The notes under the pieces were generated by a model, which made no database searches, had not been told where the DNA came from, and saw nothing but the letters and a program-made list of their open reading frames with translations. Below are positions 1 to 10,039 of a DNA stretch of 56,328 bases, in pieces. A program made the position numbers and the translations under genes. The DNA is from a virus (Duplodnaviria > Caudoviricetes), in IMG/VR virus record IMGVR_UViG_3300017963_000059, positions 1-56,328 of that record; one strand, given 5' to 3'. The stretch's first letter is position 1, and the number at the start of each line of letters is the position of its first letter.

Positions 1-123
1 CCTGAAAAAGGGATGTATGCTGATGCGGCAACCCAAAATTTGACCCTCAGTGAGTTCCTGGCAAAACAGGAATTAGAGAAGGGTTTCGTTCCGTCAAAGG
101 ATACCGAGCTGGACGCTTATGAG
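1..123. repeat. Terminal direct repeat, left copy (circularisation overlap)
   Basis: 1-123 is identical to 56206-56328 and the capsid ORF reads through the junction. Confidence 0.97.
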
Positions 124-1008
124 CGGCAACTGGCAGCTCATGGGCTTAAAATAACCGGCAAGCAGGTCTCGCTGGTTGAGGATTTCTACAAGACCTCGGC
201 TTCAACGGTATTGTTTCCGGAGTATATCAACCGTCAGGTTCGCATCGGGATGGAGAAATCCCGTAACGAATGCATGATTGACGATATCATCGCATCGACA
301 TTCACCATTAATAGCGGTTCTTATGAATCCATATATGGTACGATCGATGACGATGAAACGGGAGCGCGTCGAGTAGGCGAAGCAGCCGAATTCCCGGTCA
401 TCATCATCACAGTAGGCGAAAAGCCTATCAAGCTGAGGAAAATCGGCCATAAAGTTATGCTAACCTATGAAAGCATTAGAAGGATGGCCATCAACCGGCT
501 TAACGCTCATTTCCAGCTTATCGGAGCCCGGTTAAGAAGAAATAAGGTTGCCTGGGCCATAGATGTGCTGATCAACGGCGACGGCAATACAAATCCTGCG
601 GGAATTTACGACCATCCTATTCTTGATTATGATGGCCTGGTTGATTTCGATTTCGAGTTCACCGATTTCGCGCCAACAGTTTATATCGCCACCAGCGCCG
701 GCGCGAAAGCGATATTGAAACTGACCGAGTTCAAAGATCCTCAGGCTGGATTTAATTACCAGAAAACCGGCCAAATGGTATCTCCTATGGGCGTGACTCT
801 GCGTCAGCATTCCGCAGTCGCGGCTGATAGCCTCATCGGCGTCGATAAAAGCTCGGCCCTGGAAATGGCTATGGAAACGGGCGCCAGCTTGATCGAGACG
901 GAACGGGTGATCGACCAGCAGTTTGAGAAAGCTGTTATTTCCGAAGTAGTTGGCTTCTCGAAGATCTATACCGCTGCGGCCAAGGTCTGGGATTATACCG
1001 ATGATTAA
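1..1008 (+). CDS. Major capsid protein (true start at 56179, wraps the origin)
   Basis: About 344 aa in total; follows the scaffold and decoration genes; HK97-like capsid motifs (ARRVGEAAEFP, LRKIGHKVMLTYESIRR). Confidence 0.88.
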   Translation, partial: PEKGMYADAATQNLTLSEFLAKQELEKGFVPSKDTELDAYERQLAAHGLKITGKQVSLVEDFYKTSASTVLFPEYINRQVRIGMEKSRNECMIDDIIASTFTINSGSYESIYGTIDDDETGARRVGEAAEFPVIIITVGEKPIKLRKIGHKVMLTYESIRRMAINRLNAHFQLIGARLRRNKVAWAIDVLINGDGNTNPAGIYDHPILDYDGLVDFDFEFTDFAPTVYIATSAGAKAILKLTEFKDPQAGFNYQKTGQMVSPMGVTLRQHSAVAADSLIGVDKSSALEMAMETGASLIETERVIDQQFEKAVISEVVGFSKIYTAAAKVWDYTDD

Positions 1009-1061
1009 TCGATTAGGATGACTAATTGGTTTAAAGGAGTCATTTAACAGGAGACAAATCG

Positions 1062-1598
1062 ATGCAATTAAATACGCAAGATCTCGCCGGTAAGCTGAGA
1101 GGCATTATCGGCGATGATGAGCTGGCAAGCGCCCTATGCGAAGCGGCTGAGAACGTTCATTTCGGAGACCAATTCGAGGGCGCTCCGGAGGAATTTGCCA
1201 AAGCTGTCACCGACAGAATGAAGGCGGACAATCCGAACTTAAAGTGGCCTTCCGGGGCTATCGCCAATCGTGCCAGAATGATTCTGGCGGAGGCATGGGT
1301 TGCAGACAGCCAGCATGAGGACGAGGATTCCGCTGATGATGAAAGTCCTCCGGAGGTAGTCCCTGCGCATGCCAAAGTAATCTCTGCGCCGGAAACGCAA
1401 GCTGATATTTCGGAAGAGGGCGAGGAACCGGAGACGATCCTGGTGGAGCTCCCGGATAAAATCAAAGCTTATGGCGGCGGTTTTTATGATGCGGAGCAGG
1501 GACTCTGGATTAAAGGGAAGGAACCTGTTGAAGTCAAGAAAACCAACTTCGTAATGCAGAAGATCGCTAATAAGGAGCTTCTGGAGGTTAAGCAGTAA
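1062..1598 (+). CDS. Hypothetical virion-region protein (acidic linker)
   Basis: 178 aa ORF with AGGAG RBS, directly after the capsid gene. Confidence 0.6.
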   Translation: MQLNTQDLAGKLRGIIGDDELASALCEAAENVHFGDQFEGAPEEFAKAVTDRMKADNPNLKWPSGAIANRARMILAEAWVADSQHEDEDSADDESPPEVVPAHAKVISAPETQADISEEGEEPETILVELPDKIKAYGGGFYDAEQGLWIKGKEPVEVKKTNFVMQKIANKELLEVKQ

Positions 1599-1601
1599 CC
1601 G

Positions 1602-2045
1602 ATGGCCGATCTCCCAACCATTCTTAAGTTAATTCAGAACCGTCTTCCGACTACGCATAAGATATCGAGTATTAAAAATGAAGATATCGTGGTCTTTCAG
1701 CAGGAAGTGATGGTCCGGAAGGGATTCAGTGATAATGACGCTCCTGTATCTGAAGATACTTTAACTCTTCTGCAGAAGGGGTATATCGCAGATCTGACCG
1801 CCATTGATATCCTAACCGCTCAGACAAACCGCTACATGGAAGACGCCAAGGTCAACACCGGCGGTGATGGAGTGATCACTGAACATCAGGATAAGCTGAA
1901 ATACATCAAGGAGCAGATTAAAAACTTAAGGGCAAATGTGAAGGAGAAGGAAGGAAAGCTGGGACTGACAGTCGGTTCTGGTGTTCCCACAGCTGTCATT
2001 AAAATAAGCGCCAGAGATGAAAGCGAGGATAACCTCTATGAGTAA
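1602..2045 (+). CDS. Putative head completion / head-tail adaptor
   Basis: Position after capsid; 147 aa helical protein; assigned by synteny. Confidence 0.55.
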   Translation: MADLPTILKLIQNRLPTTHKISSIKNEDIVVFQQEVMVRKGFSDNDAPVSEDTLTLLQKGYIADLTAIDILTAQTNRYMEDAKVNTGGDGVITEHQDKLKYIKEQIKNLRANVKEKEGKLGLTVGSGVPTAVIKISARDESEDNLYE

Positions 2046-2514
2046 TCTCTACGGCGATTGGGGAAAAATGAAGTCATTTATGGTCGGCTGTAATCCGAGG
2101 TTTCTGAAGGCTATGGACGAAGCGACTAACGAGAATCTTAAGTTGGGAGAGAGAGCGGTCGTTCTAAATCTTCGAAATCAGAAGTTCAGGAGCAGGTGGC
2201 CGGCATATACTCCGGAGTATCAAAAATACAAAGAGCGGAAAGGACTATCGTCTAAGATGCTGATTGCTACTTCGACAATGATGCGGAGTATTACATCGGT
2301 CAAGGAGTCTCCATTCGAGGGAGCGGTTGGAGTTCTACGCAGGACTAAATACCGGAATCGGAGCGGAAGGATAAACGTAGCTAACGTTGCCGCTATCCAT
2401 GAGTTTCGACGAAGGAAAGGCAGACCGCTCTGGAAACCGACCCTTGATGAGATTATAGATGAAGTCTTAGATAACCATGATAAAGCGATGCGAAAGGTAG
2501 TATTCGGTGGATAA
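2038..2514 (+). CDS. Putative neck / virion morphogenesis protein
   Basis: Basic protein with LIATSTMMRSI, AAIHEF and RPLWKP motifs typical of HK97 gp10 / Mu gpG-like neck proteins; ATG at 2038 overlaps the upstream stop. Confidence 0.65.
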   Translation: MSNLYGDWGKMKSFMVGCNPRFLKAMDEATNENLKLGERAVVLNLRNQKFRSRWPAYTPEYQKYKERKGLSSKMLIATSTMMRSITSVKESPFEGAVGVLRRTKYRNRSGRINVANVAAIHEFRRRKGRPLWKPTLDEIIDEVLDNHDKAMRKVVFGG

Positions 2515-3349
2515 GGTACTGACAGCCATAGGGACGGCAATCGCCTCCAAATTGACGGGAGTCAATGAAGACGGCGAGACCTTTTATCCGTTTGTTAATC
2601 GCTGGGATTATGGTTTTCCGGACGACGAGTTCATCGAGAACTGCGAGATTGCCAAATATAAGCCGTTCATGAGTGTCTATGGCAGTTTCAAATATGTCCG
2701 AGACTGGAGTCTGGTTGATAAAGATGGTACTCAATCTAAGAGTAATGTCGAACATGATGGGACTTCGGTTCTTAACTATGCCCTGGAGGGAGAACATCGC
2801 GGCAATAACGATTATGTCCTGGAAATTGTCACCGGGGGTGCGCTGGGAACGGCTCTATATAAACTGTCTAAAGATGGTGGAGAGTCATGGGGAGATCCCA
2901 GTATCGTACCGGATAATGGCAGGATAGTCATCAGCGATGGGACCACTTTAGTATTTACCGGGGTAGGTAGTTTAGTCACAGGGGACAGGTATTCATGGGA
3001 GACGGTGTCGCTGGTCAAGGAGACCTATCGGAGTTATCGCTTCGCGGGAACGGTCGATATCGAACTGCTTGCGGCAACCGAGATTGAGCTACTGGGCGAT
3101 ACCGAGACGGTCGGATATCTGGATCAGTTGGTAAATCTTTTCTCTGAGAAAGCCGGCGTAGTGATGGATTCGTTTTCGCATGTTATAACATCGATTAAAG
3201 AAATGCCTTCGCCCATAGGAGATATCAGAGTTGATAAATACCGGGGTGCAGTGGTCATCGATGTTGAGGGATGTCTTTATACCAGTAAGGATGTGCCTAT
3301 GATTGGAGAGATTGAGGTTACCGGAGAAATAGAATCTATGATTTCTTAA
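2507..3349 (+). CDS. Putative tail terminator/completion protein with an inserted beta domain
   Basis: Sits between neck and sheath; its internal domain resembles one in the sheath protein. Confidence 0.55.
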   Translation: MDKVLTAIGTAIASKLTGVNEDGETFYPFVNRWDYGFPDDEFIENCEIAKYKPFMSVYGSFKYVRDWSLVDKDGTQSKSNVEHDGTSVLNYALEGEHRGNNDYVLEIVTGGALGTALYKLSKDGGESWGDPSIVPDNGRIVISDGTTLVFTGVGSLVTGDRYSWETVSLVKETYRSYRFAGTVDIELLAATEIELLGDTETVGYLDQLVNLFSEKAGVVMDSFSHVITSIKEMPSPIGDIRVDKYRGAVVIDVEGCLYTSKDVPMIGEIEVTGEIESMIS

Positions 3350-3394
3350 AGTTAGCAGATTCTTTAATTTGTGAATTCTTAAATTAACAGAGGT

Positions 3395-3676
3395 ATGAAT
3401 ATGGAAAACGGATCATCGGGACAAGGATCCTCCGGAAAGAACAAGGGTTCGGCTCCCAGCAGTTCTCCGCCCAAGGCATCTTCTGACGGAAAGAAGACTG
3501 TCAAGATATGGTGCGAGGAGTTCGGATATAACGCCTTCAAGATAGGCGGGATAATGGCCTCCGGAGGTTGGGAGGAAGGTACGGAAGTATCTAAATCCGA
3601 ATTTCAGCGGACGGCAAATAAGTTTCTGAATGCGCCTCTGGGCGGTTCGGAAAAACAGCTACGGGAGGTGAAATAA
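3395..3676 (+). CDS. Small hypothetical protein upstream of sheath
   Basis: GAGG RBS; stop overlaps the sheath ATG (TAATG). Confidence 0.6.
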   Translation: MNMENGSSGQGSSGKNKGSAPSSSPPKASSDGKKTVKIWCEEFGYNAFKIGGIMASGGWEEGTEVSKSEFQRTANKFLNAPLGGSEKQLREVK

Positions 3677-5073
3677 TGCAAGGTTTACCGGGCGTAAGCG
3701 AAACAATCGTTGACGGCGGACTGGGGATACTGCCTCCTAACGCTCAGATACAGGGAGTAGTCGGCAACAGCGCCTATCCGACAGCGGAAGAGATAGTCAT
3801 CCTGGGAAGCCCGAGAGAAGCGATCAATCTTCTGGTGACAGGGACAGCGTTGGAGAAGATACTTGATATCTTCGCGGTGCGGAATGCTCCATCGAAAGTG
3901 TACTATGTGAAGCCGGATATGACCGGAGCGGCGGCGGCCGATGACGGTGTAGCCACCCAGACATCAGGGACGGGCAATGCCACCTGCGTCTCCGGAGGAA
4001 CTCCGACATGCGACCGGCATTTCAGGCTGGTAGTAACGCAGGGAGCAAGCGCGGATGTGGTCAATGGAAAGTATAGGCTTTCCGATAATGAGGGTCATAC
4101 CTACGGCGATGAGAAATCATTCCCGGCTTCGGGGTCACCCATAACCTTACCGGACGGCGCTACCATCACATTCACCAATAGCGGAACACCTCCGGAGTTA
4201 GTTGTCGATGATGTCTGGCAGTTATGGGTCAAAGAATCCAAGGCAACTACAGCTAAGATTCTTGACGCCATCACCGTTTTGACTAACGACAGGGATGTTA
4301 CCCGGGTATATGTTACCGAAGGCGTTGATGCGACGTTTGCGGCTTCGGTTTCGACAGGTAATGCGGTGTTGTTGGCCAACCATCAGTATATCACCTGGGT
4401 ACTGGAAGCTATCACGAAGACTTCGGCTCAGACAACCGCGGAATGGATTACGGCTATCCGTGCTGAATGGGCTTCATACTATGATTATACCGTCTGTGTC
4501 AATGCCGGCTTCGGATTCGTAGCAGATATCAGGGGTAATGTCAGATGGCATAATCTCGGTGGTATTCTTTGCGGACTGAGGGGATCTGCAAAAGTCCATG
4601 AATCTATCGGTTGGGTTCGTGGATTTCCTATTCCTGTGATAACCGGTCTGTATCCGATAGATCTCTCCGATACGCAGATTGAAACCCTGCATGATGATCG
4701 TTTTACGGTCTTCAGATACTGGGACGGTCATGGCTTCAGGTGTGTCCGGGTTCCGATGATGCATACGGAGACTTCTGATTTCCAAAGGCTGGAATGGGTA
4801 GAAGTGCTCTATAAAGCCGTCAGACTGGTTAGGGCGAAAGCTATTCCATGGGTTGAGGGGACAGGAGCTCCCGAGGACCTTATAGCCTTCCAGGAGGATA
4901 TTAAGCAGGGGCCGGAGAACATGAAGACCGCTGGGGAAATCTATGATTATGCTTTATCGATTCTTGATTCAGATGTTCTCGGTACCGGTGAATTACCGGC
5001 CCACATTGTTATCCAGCCGACATCGATCATCAAGAACATATCGTTAACATTCGGTCTCGGAAGAGTCTCATAA
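3676..5073 (+). CDS. Contractile tail sheath protein (DUF2586-like)
   Basis: 465 aa; N-terminal LPGVSETIVDGGLG; C-terminal SDFQRLEWVEVLYKAVR; precedes the tube gene. Confidence 0.85.
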   Translation: MQGLPGVSETIVDGGLGILPPNAQIQGVVGNSAYPTAEEIVILGSPREAINLLVTGTALEKILDIFAVRNAPSKVYYVKPDMTGAAAADDGVATQTSGTGNATCVSGGTPTCDRHFRLVVTQGASADVVNGKYRLSDNEGHTYGDEKSFPASGSPITLPDGATITFTNSGTPPELVVDDVWQLWVKESKATTAKILDAITVLTNDRDVTRVYVTEGVDATFAASVSTGNAVLLANHQYITWVLEAITKTSAQTTAEWITAIRAEWASYYDYTVCVNAGFGFVADIRGNVRWHNLGGILCGLRGSAKVHESIGWVRGFPIPVITGLYPIDLSDTQIETLHDDRFTVFRYWDGHGFRCVRVPMMHTETSDFQRLEWVEVLYKAVRLVRAKAIPWVEGTGAPEDLIAFQEDIKQGPENMKTAGEIYDYALSILDSDVLGTGELPAHIVIQPTSIIKNISLTFGLGRVS

Positions 5074-5085
5074 GGAGGTGATATT

Positions 5086-5526
5086 TTGGTAAACGGGAAG
5101 AAACACGACTTTGAAGATTTGAAGTTGTACTTCAATGGCGTGCAACTAATGGATCTTCAGGATATTAACTATTCCGACGAACAGGAATGGGAACTCTTGT
5201 ACGGTTCAGGAAGCAGGCCAAATGGTATGGGGCGTGGTCTTTATCGAGCCTCCGGAGATATAACTCTCTCCCGGGAAGACTTTGATACGATAAATAACGC
5301 CTGCAAAGTGGCAGGGAAAACACCCTTTGATCTGAAACCGTTTATGGTTATAGCCAGCTATGGCGCCAAAATAAGCGGAGACGATCTCTTTATCGAAACC
5401 CAGAACTCCCCACTGCATACTGATACATTGGTGAACTGCGTTGTGACCAAGAGAGATTTCGGAATTAAGCAGGGCGATAAGGGGAACACCGTGAAGATGG
5501 AGATACTGTTCGAAAAGATAATCTAA
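5086..5526 (+). CDS. Tail tube protein
   Basis: 146 aa after the sheath; VNGKKHDFED, INYSD and LYGSGSRPNGMGRG motifs; TTG start after AGGAGG. Confidence 0.85.
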   Translation: MVNGKKHDFEDLKLYFNGVQLMDLQDINYSDEQEWELLYGSGSRPNGMGRGLYRASGDITLSREDFDTINNACKVAGKTPFDLKPFMVIASYGAKISGDDLFIETQNSPLHTDTLVNCVVTKRDFGIKQGDKGNTVKMEILFEKII

Positions 5527-5556
5527 AAATCAGAACTTAAAATATTTGAGGTTGAT

Positions 5557-5931
5557 ATGGATAATACACTTGGCCAAGATGAAGGCCATGTAGAAAATAC
5601 TCAAGTCACTGATAGTAATCCCCAGAAGCCGTCAGATTCAAAAATTGAGGAGTGGAAGAAAGTTCATGGCGAAATCTTCGAGGTGATGGCTGGGGATGAT
5701 ATCTATTATTTCAGGGGGCCAACTCGACCTGAGTTCAAGATGTATTTCGATTCGCTTATAGATTCGAGGTATGACGCGCATATGCGGCTTCTCTCCGGCT
5801 GTATGCTTTACCCGCCAATCCATGAATATCAGGCGAAAGTGGAAAAGAAACCTGCGCTGGTGGCGGTTATGAGCTCGAAGACTGAGGAAATATTCGGCAC
5901 CAATGTGGATGTCTCAGTAAAAAAAATGTAG
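5557..5931 (+). CDS. Tail assembly chaperone (gpG-like)
   Basis: Between tube and tape measure; KIEEWKKVHGEIF motif; ends in an A8 slippery run. Confidence 0.8.
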   Translation: MDNTLGQDEGHVENTQVTDSNPQKPSDSKIEEWKKVHGEIFEVMAGDDIYYFRGPTRPEFKMYFDSLIDSRYDAHMRLLSGCMLYPPIHEYQAKVEKKPALVAVMSSKTEEIFGTNVDVSVKKM

Positions 5932-6107
5932 ATCGCTACGGAGAGGCCATAAAGAAATCTCCGTATGCGATCTATGACGTACTAATCAGGCATTATTTCG
6001 GGCTTGATCCGGATGGGTTGAGCGATGAGGAGTATTATAAACTTGCGGCAGGCGCACTACATATCGAAGAGCGGAACGCCCGTATCGCTTTCGGCGGGGA
6101 TAAGTAG
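5925..6107 (+). CDS. -1 frameshift extension of the tail chaperone (gpGT-like)
   Basis: A AAA AAA at 5919-5925; the -1 frame stays open for 60 codons (NVDRYGEAIKK...IAFGGDK*) with no start of its own, ending just before the tape measure gene. Confidence 0.8.
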   Translation, partial: NVDRYGEAIKKSPYAIYDVLIRHYFGLDPDGLSDEEYYKLAAGALHIEERNARIAFGGDK

Positions 6108-6115
6108 AGGATAGG

Positions 6116-7930
6116 ATGACCGGTGGCGGATTAGACAGACTCTTTGGCGTAGGCATGAAGTTTAGCGGGATTAACGCGTTTTCGGGTCCTGCTAAAACGG
6201 TCATGGGCAGTCTGAATAGCGTCATGAAAGGATTCGGCAATGCTGATAAAATGCTGATGAAATTCTCTGCCGGTGCGCTTGTTGGTGGTGCAGTACTTAC
6301 CGGATTGGCGATTAAGGCCGTTAAGGCTACAGCAGAAACGAAAACAGCATTGGGGGAATTAGCTTCAGTCGGAGTTAAGGATTTAAAGACAGTTGAAAAA
6401 GCGGGGCAGGATTTTTCAAATAAATGGTCGGGTTCAACAAAGGCAGATTTTATAAGAGCGGCCTACGACATCAAGTCCGGAATTTCATCATTATCAGATG
6501 AAGGAGTTGCTGATTATACACGGATAGCAGCCTTAACGGCGAAAGCAACAAAAGCGACAGTCGGAGATATGACATCATTGTTCGCGACCGGTTATGGGAT
6601 TTATAAAAATTATTATGGTGATATGACGGATATGAAGTTTGCCGAACTGTTTTCAGGGGGAATAGCTTCGGCGGTTCAGATGTTTAAGACAACCGGTCCG
6701 GAGATGGCAGCAGGTATTTCGTCATTGGGAGCCTCAGCTACTACAGCCAATATCCCATTAGAGGAGCAATTGGCAATTTTGGGAATGCTTCAAGCAACAA
6801 TGAGCGGTGCAGAGGCGGGAACCAAATACCAAGCATTTTTGAAATCGGTTGTAAAGGGTGGAGAGAAGATTGGGCTGCAGTTCACGGACGCTAATAATCA
6901 ATTACTATCCATGCCGGACATACTTGATACTATAAGGAACAAGTATGGAGATACGGTTGATGCCGTTGAAAGGTATGAGCTTCAGAAAGCGTTCGGCAGA
7001 ATTGAGTCATTACAGGCGATTGAATTATTAATTACTAAGACCGGAGATCTAAGAGAAAATATAGACATCATGTCAAGTTCTATGGAAACCGGTACCGAGA
7101 AGGCCTATGGAATGGCCAAGGCCATGGATGAAGGACCGGCCGAGAGCTGGGGAAGGATGAGACAAGCAGGTCATAATTTACTGGAAACAATTGGTAATAT
7201 AATCGAACCTGATGTTACTGAGGGTCTGGATAAGGTACATAAAGGGTTGGTTAAAATACAAGAAGACCTGGACAAGAATCCCGAAAAAGCTGAATGGATT
7301 GGTAAAGGACTACTCTATGGTGGCGGTGGATTAATGGGCCTCGGCGCTTTAGGATTATTAAAATCTATAGGAGGGTGGGGATTTTCAAAGATAGCTGGCG
7401 GAATTGGCCTAATAACAACAGCTGTCAAGGGGTTGGTGACCGTACTAACGACATTAGCATCTTCAGGCGGACTCGTAGCTCTATCGGGAATACTATCATT
7501 AGGTTTGATCGGATATGCAGGATGGGAAACATACAAAAAGCGGGATATAATTAAAGAGATGATCACGGGGTTTTTCTCAGGTGAGTATCTCTATAAACAG
7601 TTAGGAATTCCCGGATTATCCCATATCCCAATGCAAGACATGGACACACCCCGGAACAAGTTGCGTGCTCAAAAAGCGGCTGGCTATTCGATGGTTGATA
7701 GATATGAACAACTTGGCTTACCGGTCATGTCATATTATCCGTCAGGAAATAATATACCTGAAGTACCTGTACCCCCTATTCCTCAATTCAATCCGAATAC
7801 ACCGGAGATGAGACCGAGCAGGCCGATGCTGGTTATCGAGCAAATAAATATCACCGGTGATAGCGTCTCGGAAGACCAGGTTCGAGAAGTATTTGAAAAC
7901 GTTTTAGACGAGATGGTGACGGAAAATTAA
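6116..7930 (+). CDS. Tape measure protein (TP901-like core)
   Basis: 604 aa, Ala/Gly-rich helical; AAYDIKSGISSL and SGAEAGTKYQAF motifs; hydrophobic C-terminal segments. Confidence 0.9.
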   Translation: MTGGGLDRLFGVGMKFSGINAFSGPAKTVMGSLNSVMKGFGNADKMLMKFSAGALVGGAVLTGLAIKAVKATAETKTALGELASVGVKDLKTVEKAGQDFSNKWSGSTKADFIRAAYDIKSGISSLSDEGVADYTRIAALTAKATKATVGDMTSLFATGYGIYKNYYGDMTDMKFAELFSGGIASAVQMFKTTGPEMAAGISSLGASATTANIPLEEQLAILGMLQATMSGAEAGTKYQAFLKSVVKGGEKIGLQFTDANNQLLSMPDILDTIRNKYGDTVDAVERYELQKAFGRIESLQAIELLITKTGDLRENIDIMSSSMETGTEKAYGMAKAMDEGPAESWGRMRQAGHNLLETIGNIIEPDVTEGLDKVHKGLVKIQEDLDKNPEKAEWIGKGLLYGGGGLMGLGALGLLKSIGGWGFSKIAGGIGLITTAVKGLVTVLTTLASSGGLVALSGILSLGLIGYAGWETYKKRDIIKEMITGFFSGEYLYKQLGIPGLSHIPMQDMDTPRNKLRAQKAAGYSMVDRYEQLGLPVMSYYPSGNNIPEVPVPPIPQFNPNTPEMRPSRPMLVIEQINITGDSVSEDQVREVFENVLDEMVTEN

Positions 7931-7931
7931 G

Positions 7932-8573
7932 ATGACAATCGTAACTCCCAAAGATGTATTGACACTGGAAGCCGGCGCGGCCGGTTTGGCTTTAGGGATA
8001 TTCAGTAATAAAGATTATGTCTTCGGGCCTCATAGATACGGGGCGATTCAGATTAATGGCAAGAAGCTTCCTCTGCAGCCGATGGTAACAATTCGGATAT
8101 CCAAAATCATAGAAGAAACCCGGGTAGCTGGTTCGCCGCAGGATGAGAATTTACGGGGAGCTACGGTAAAGGAGATGATGGGAATAGGTGAAGCGCGGAT
8201 CGATATCGAAGGCGTATTAATGTCAACAGATCCGACTTTATCTCAGGGAATAATGAATATGGTGGGTGTTTCAAATCCCTCGGAAACCGATGCTGAGGAC
8301 GATTGGATTGAGAAGATAAGAGATATCAGGGATAATTTCGCTGCCGAATATGCTCTACCAATACAGGGAGTATATGATAATCAGGATTATGGACACAGTG
8401 TATCCAATGCCAGATCGATATTTCAGGAGTTAGGGATCGATATGGTTGTATTGCGAGATCTGACAATCCATGATATCAGAGGAGCTGATCGGAAGGGCTA
8501 CAGACTTAAATTAATTCAGGACAGGCCGCTTGAAATTACGAAGCTTCTACCTACCAAGGAGGACGAGGAGTGA
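7932..8573 (+). CDS. Putative tail tube initiator / baseplate-proximal protein
   Basis: Follows the tape measure; GATVKEMMGIGEARIDIEG motif; synteny. Confidence 0.6.
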   Translation: MTIVTPKDVLTLEAGAAGLALGIFSNKDYVFGPHRYGAIQINGKKLPLQPMVTIRISKIIEETRVAGSPQDENLRGATVKEMMGIGEARIDIEGVLMSTDPTLSQGIMNMVGVSNPSETDAEDDWIEKIRDIRDNFAAEYALPIQGVYDNQDYGHSVSNARSIFQELGIDMVVLRDLTIHDIRGADRKGYRLKLIQDRPLEITKLLPTKEDEE

Positions 8574-8779
8574 TTTATAAGGTCGTCGGTGATGTCGATA
8601 TCTTCCTGATTGCGCAGTGGTACTATGGGGACGCCGGTCTCTTTGATATAATCTATTACGCTAATCAGGAAACGATAGGTGATGATCCGGAGAATATATC
8701 TGCAGGAATGGAGTTGACTATACCTGAAATTGAAATAAACGAAGAGGAATACAGGATACCGACACCGGTTGGGATATAA
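8570..8779 (+). CDS. LysM-like baseplate protein (tail X-like)
   Basis: IAQWYYGD...IYYANQ...PENISAGMELTIP is a LysM pattern. Confidence 0.8.
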   Translation: MIYKVVGDVDIFLIAQWYYGDAGLFDIIYYANQETIGDDPENISAGMELTIPEIEINEEEYRIPTPVGI

Positions 8780-8991
8780 TGGTAAATTTCAGTTTAAAAG
8801 AGAAGGTCTTAGAGTATTACGGAAGCAGGCATTATTTGTTCCGGGTTGTTGCATCTAATGGATTCGATATGCCTGTTGAGTGGGAGTATGGCGACCTGAT
8901 TAAGCTTCCGCCCCGGGGAAGCCGAACCTCCTTGGTTGATGCTGAGCGTCGCAGAAAAACGATGACATATAATCCTCTGGGAGAACAATAG
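8779..8991 (+). CDS. Second LysM / tail X-like small protein
   Basis: YYGS...VVASNG...YGDLIKLP degenerate LysM pattern. Confidence 0.55.
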   Translation: MVNFSLKEKVLEYYGSRHYLFRVVASNGFDMPVEWEYGDLIKLPPRGSRTSLVDAERRRKTMTYNPLGEQ

Positions 8992-8992
8992 T

Positions 8993-10039
8993 ATGCCAGT
9001 GATCACACCATTATTTGATATCAGGATTAAAGGCAGTGATGCTACTTACCGCATCCCCGCGGTGAAGAGGATCAAGATTTACTCTTCAAGAGACATTACA
9101 CCCGACAGGGCGTTGGTGTCGCTTCCGATGATGAGCGGATTAGATCTCAATACTTTTAAAAAGGATGACGAGGTAACAATCCAATTAGGTCATAAGGAAG
9201 ATTCGTCATTAAAAACAATGTTTCTCGGATATATCACGAAGATCAGTCCCAACCTACCGGTAGAGATTGAATGTAAGGATGTCTGGTCGCGGGTGATGTT
9301 GAGGAAACGTTCATCTGAAAAGAATTATAAATCCCAGAAGTTCACGGCGATAGCGGAGGATCTGATTTCGGATATCAGCGACATCGATGGGATAGGAATA
9401 TTGACAAAGAATAAAGACAATTCCGAATCATTGGTGATGGATGACAACTTTCATGTAGATAAGCAGAGTTATCAAAGGGTGTTCGAATATCTTACTCAAA
9501 GCTCCGGATGGGATTTCTATGTGATTCCGGGAACCAAGACCTTTTATTTCGGACCGGGGTTATACCGTTATGAGCATAAGGAACAAACCGAGACACCGAT
9601 ACTCCGCAGGGGATTGAATATCATCAGGAGTCATTTCAAATGGATAGAGGGAGGCGATTACGACAAGGTTATTGTTTTCACTGCTGATAAGGAATTTAAA
9701 ACCCGGAAAAAGGATTTGACCGGTGAATATACCAGATCGGGAGTAACGAATCCCCAGAAGGTCAAGGAAAGATTCATTCCGGGAGTCAATAAAGAGAAAC
9801 TAAATATCAGGGCGAGGGAAGAATTCGAGAAGCTTAATAACTTTGGATTCGAGGGGAGATTCACAACGTTTGGGCAGTCAAGAGTAATGCATTCAGTGAA
9901 GAGCGTGATTGAGGGAGTGGATCATCGGCATCCGGAGGAGATAGTCTATCCGGAGAAAGTGGTTTATGATTTCGCACCTTATGTTGGTTTTAAAATGGAA
10001 GTTTATCTGGGGACGGATGTCGTCGCGGAGAGCGTATGA
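8993..10039 (+). CDS. Baseplate hub / late control D-like protein
   Basis: 348 aa; VTIQLG...MFLGYITKISP...IECKD and GFEGRFTTFG motifs. Confidence 0.8.
   Translation: MPVITPLFDIRIKGSDATYRIPAVKRIKIYSSRDITPDRALVSLPMMSGLDLNTFKKDDEVTIQLGHKEDSSLKTMFLGYITKISPNLPVEIECKDVWSRVMLRKRSSEKNYKSQKFTAIAEDLISDISDIDGIGILTKNKDNSESLVMDDNFHVDKQSYQRVFEYLTQSSGWDFYVIPGTKTFYFGPGLYRYEHKEQTETPILRRGLNIIRSHFKWIEGGDYDKVIVFTADKEFKTRKKDLTGEYTRSGVTNPQKVKERFIPGVNKEKLNIRAREEFEKLNNFGFEGRFTTFGQSRVMHSVKSVIEGVDHRHPEEIVYPEKVVYDFAPYVGFKMEVYLGTDVVAESV

Noticed and set aside
1-123. Terminal repeat as a biological direct terminal repeat of the virion DNA
   Set aside because: It falls inside the capsid gene and is best explained as assembler overlap on a circular or permuted genome.
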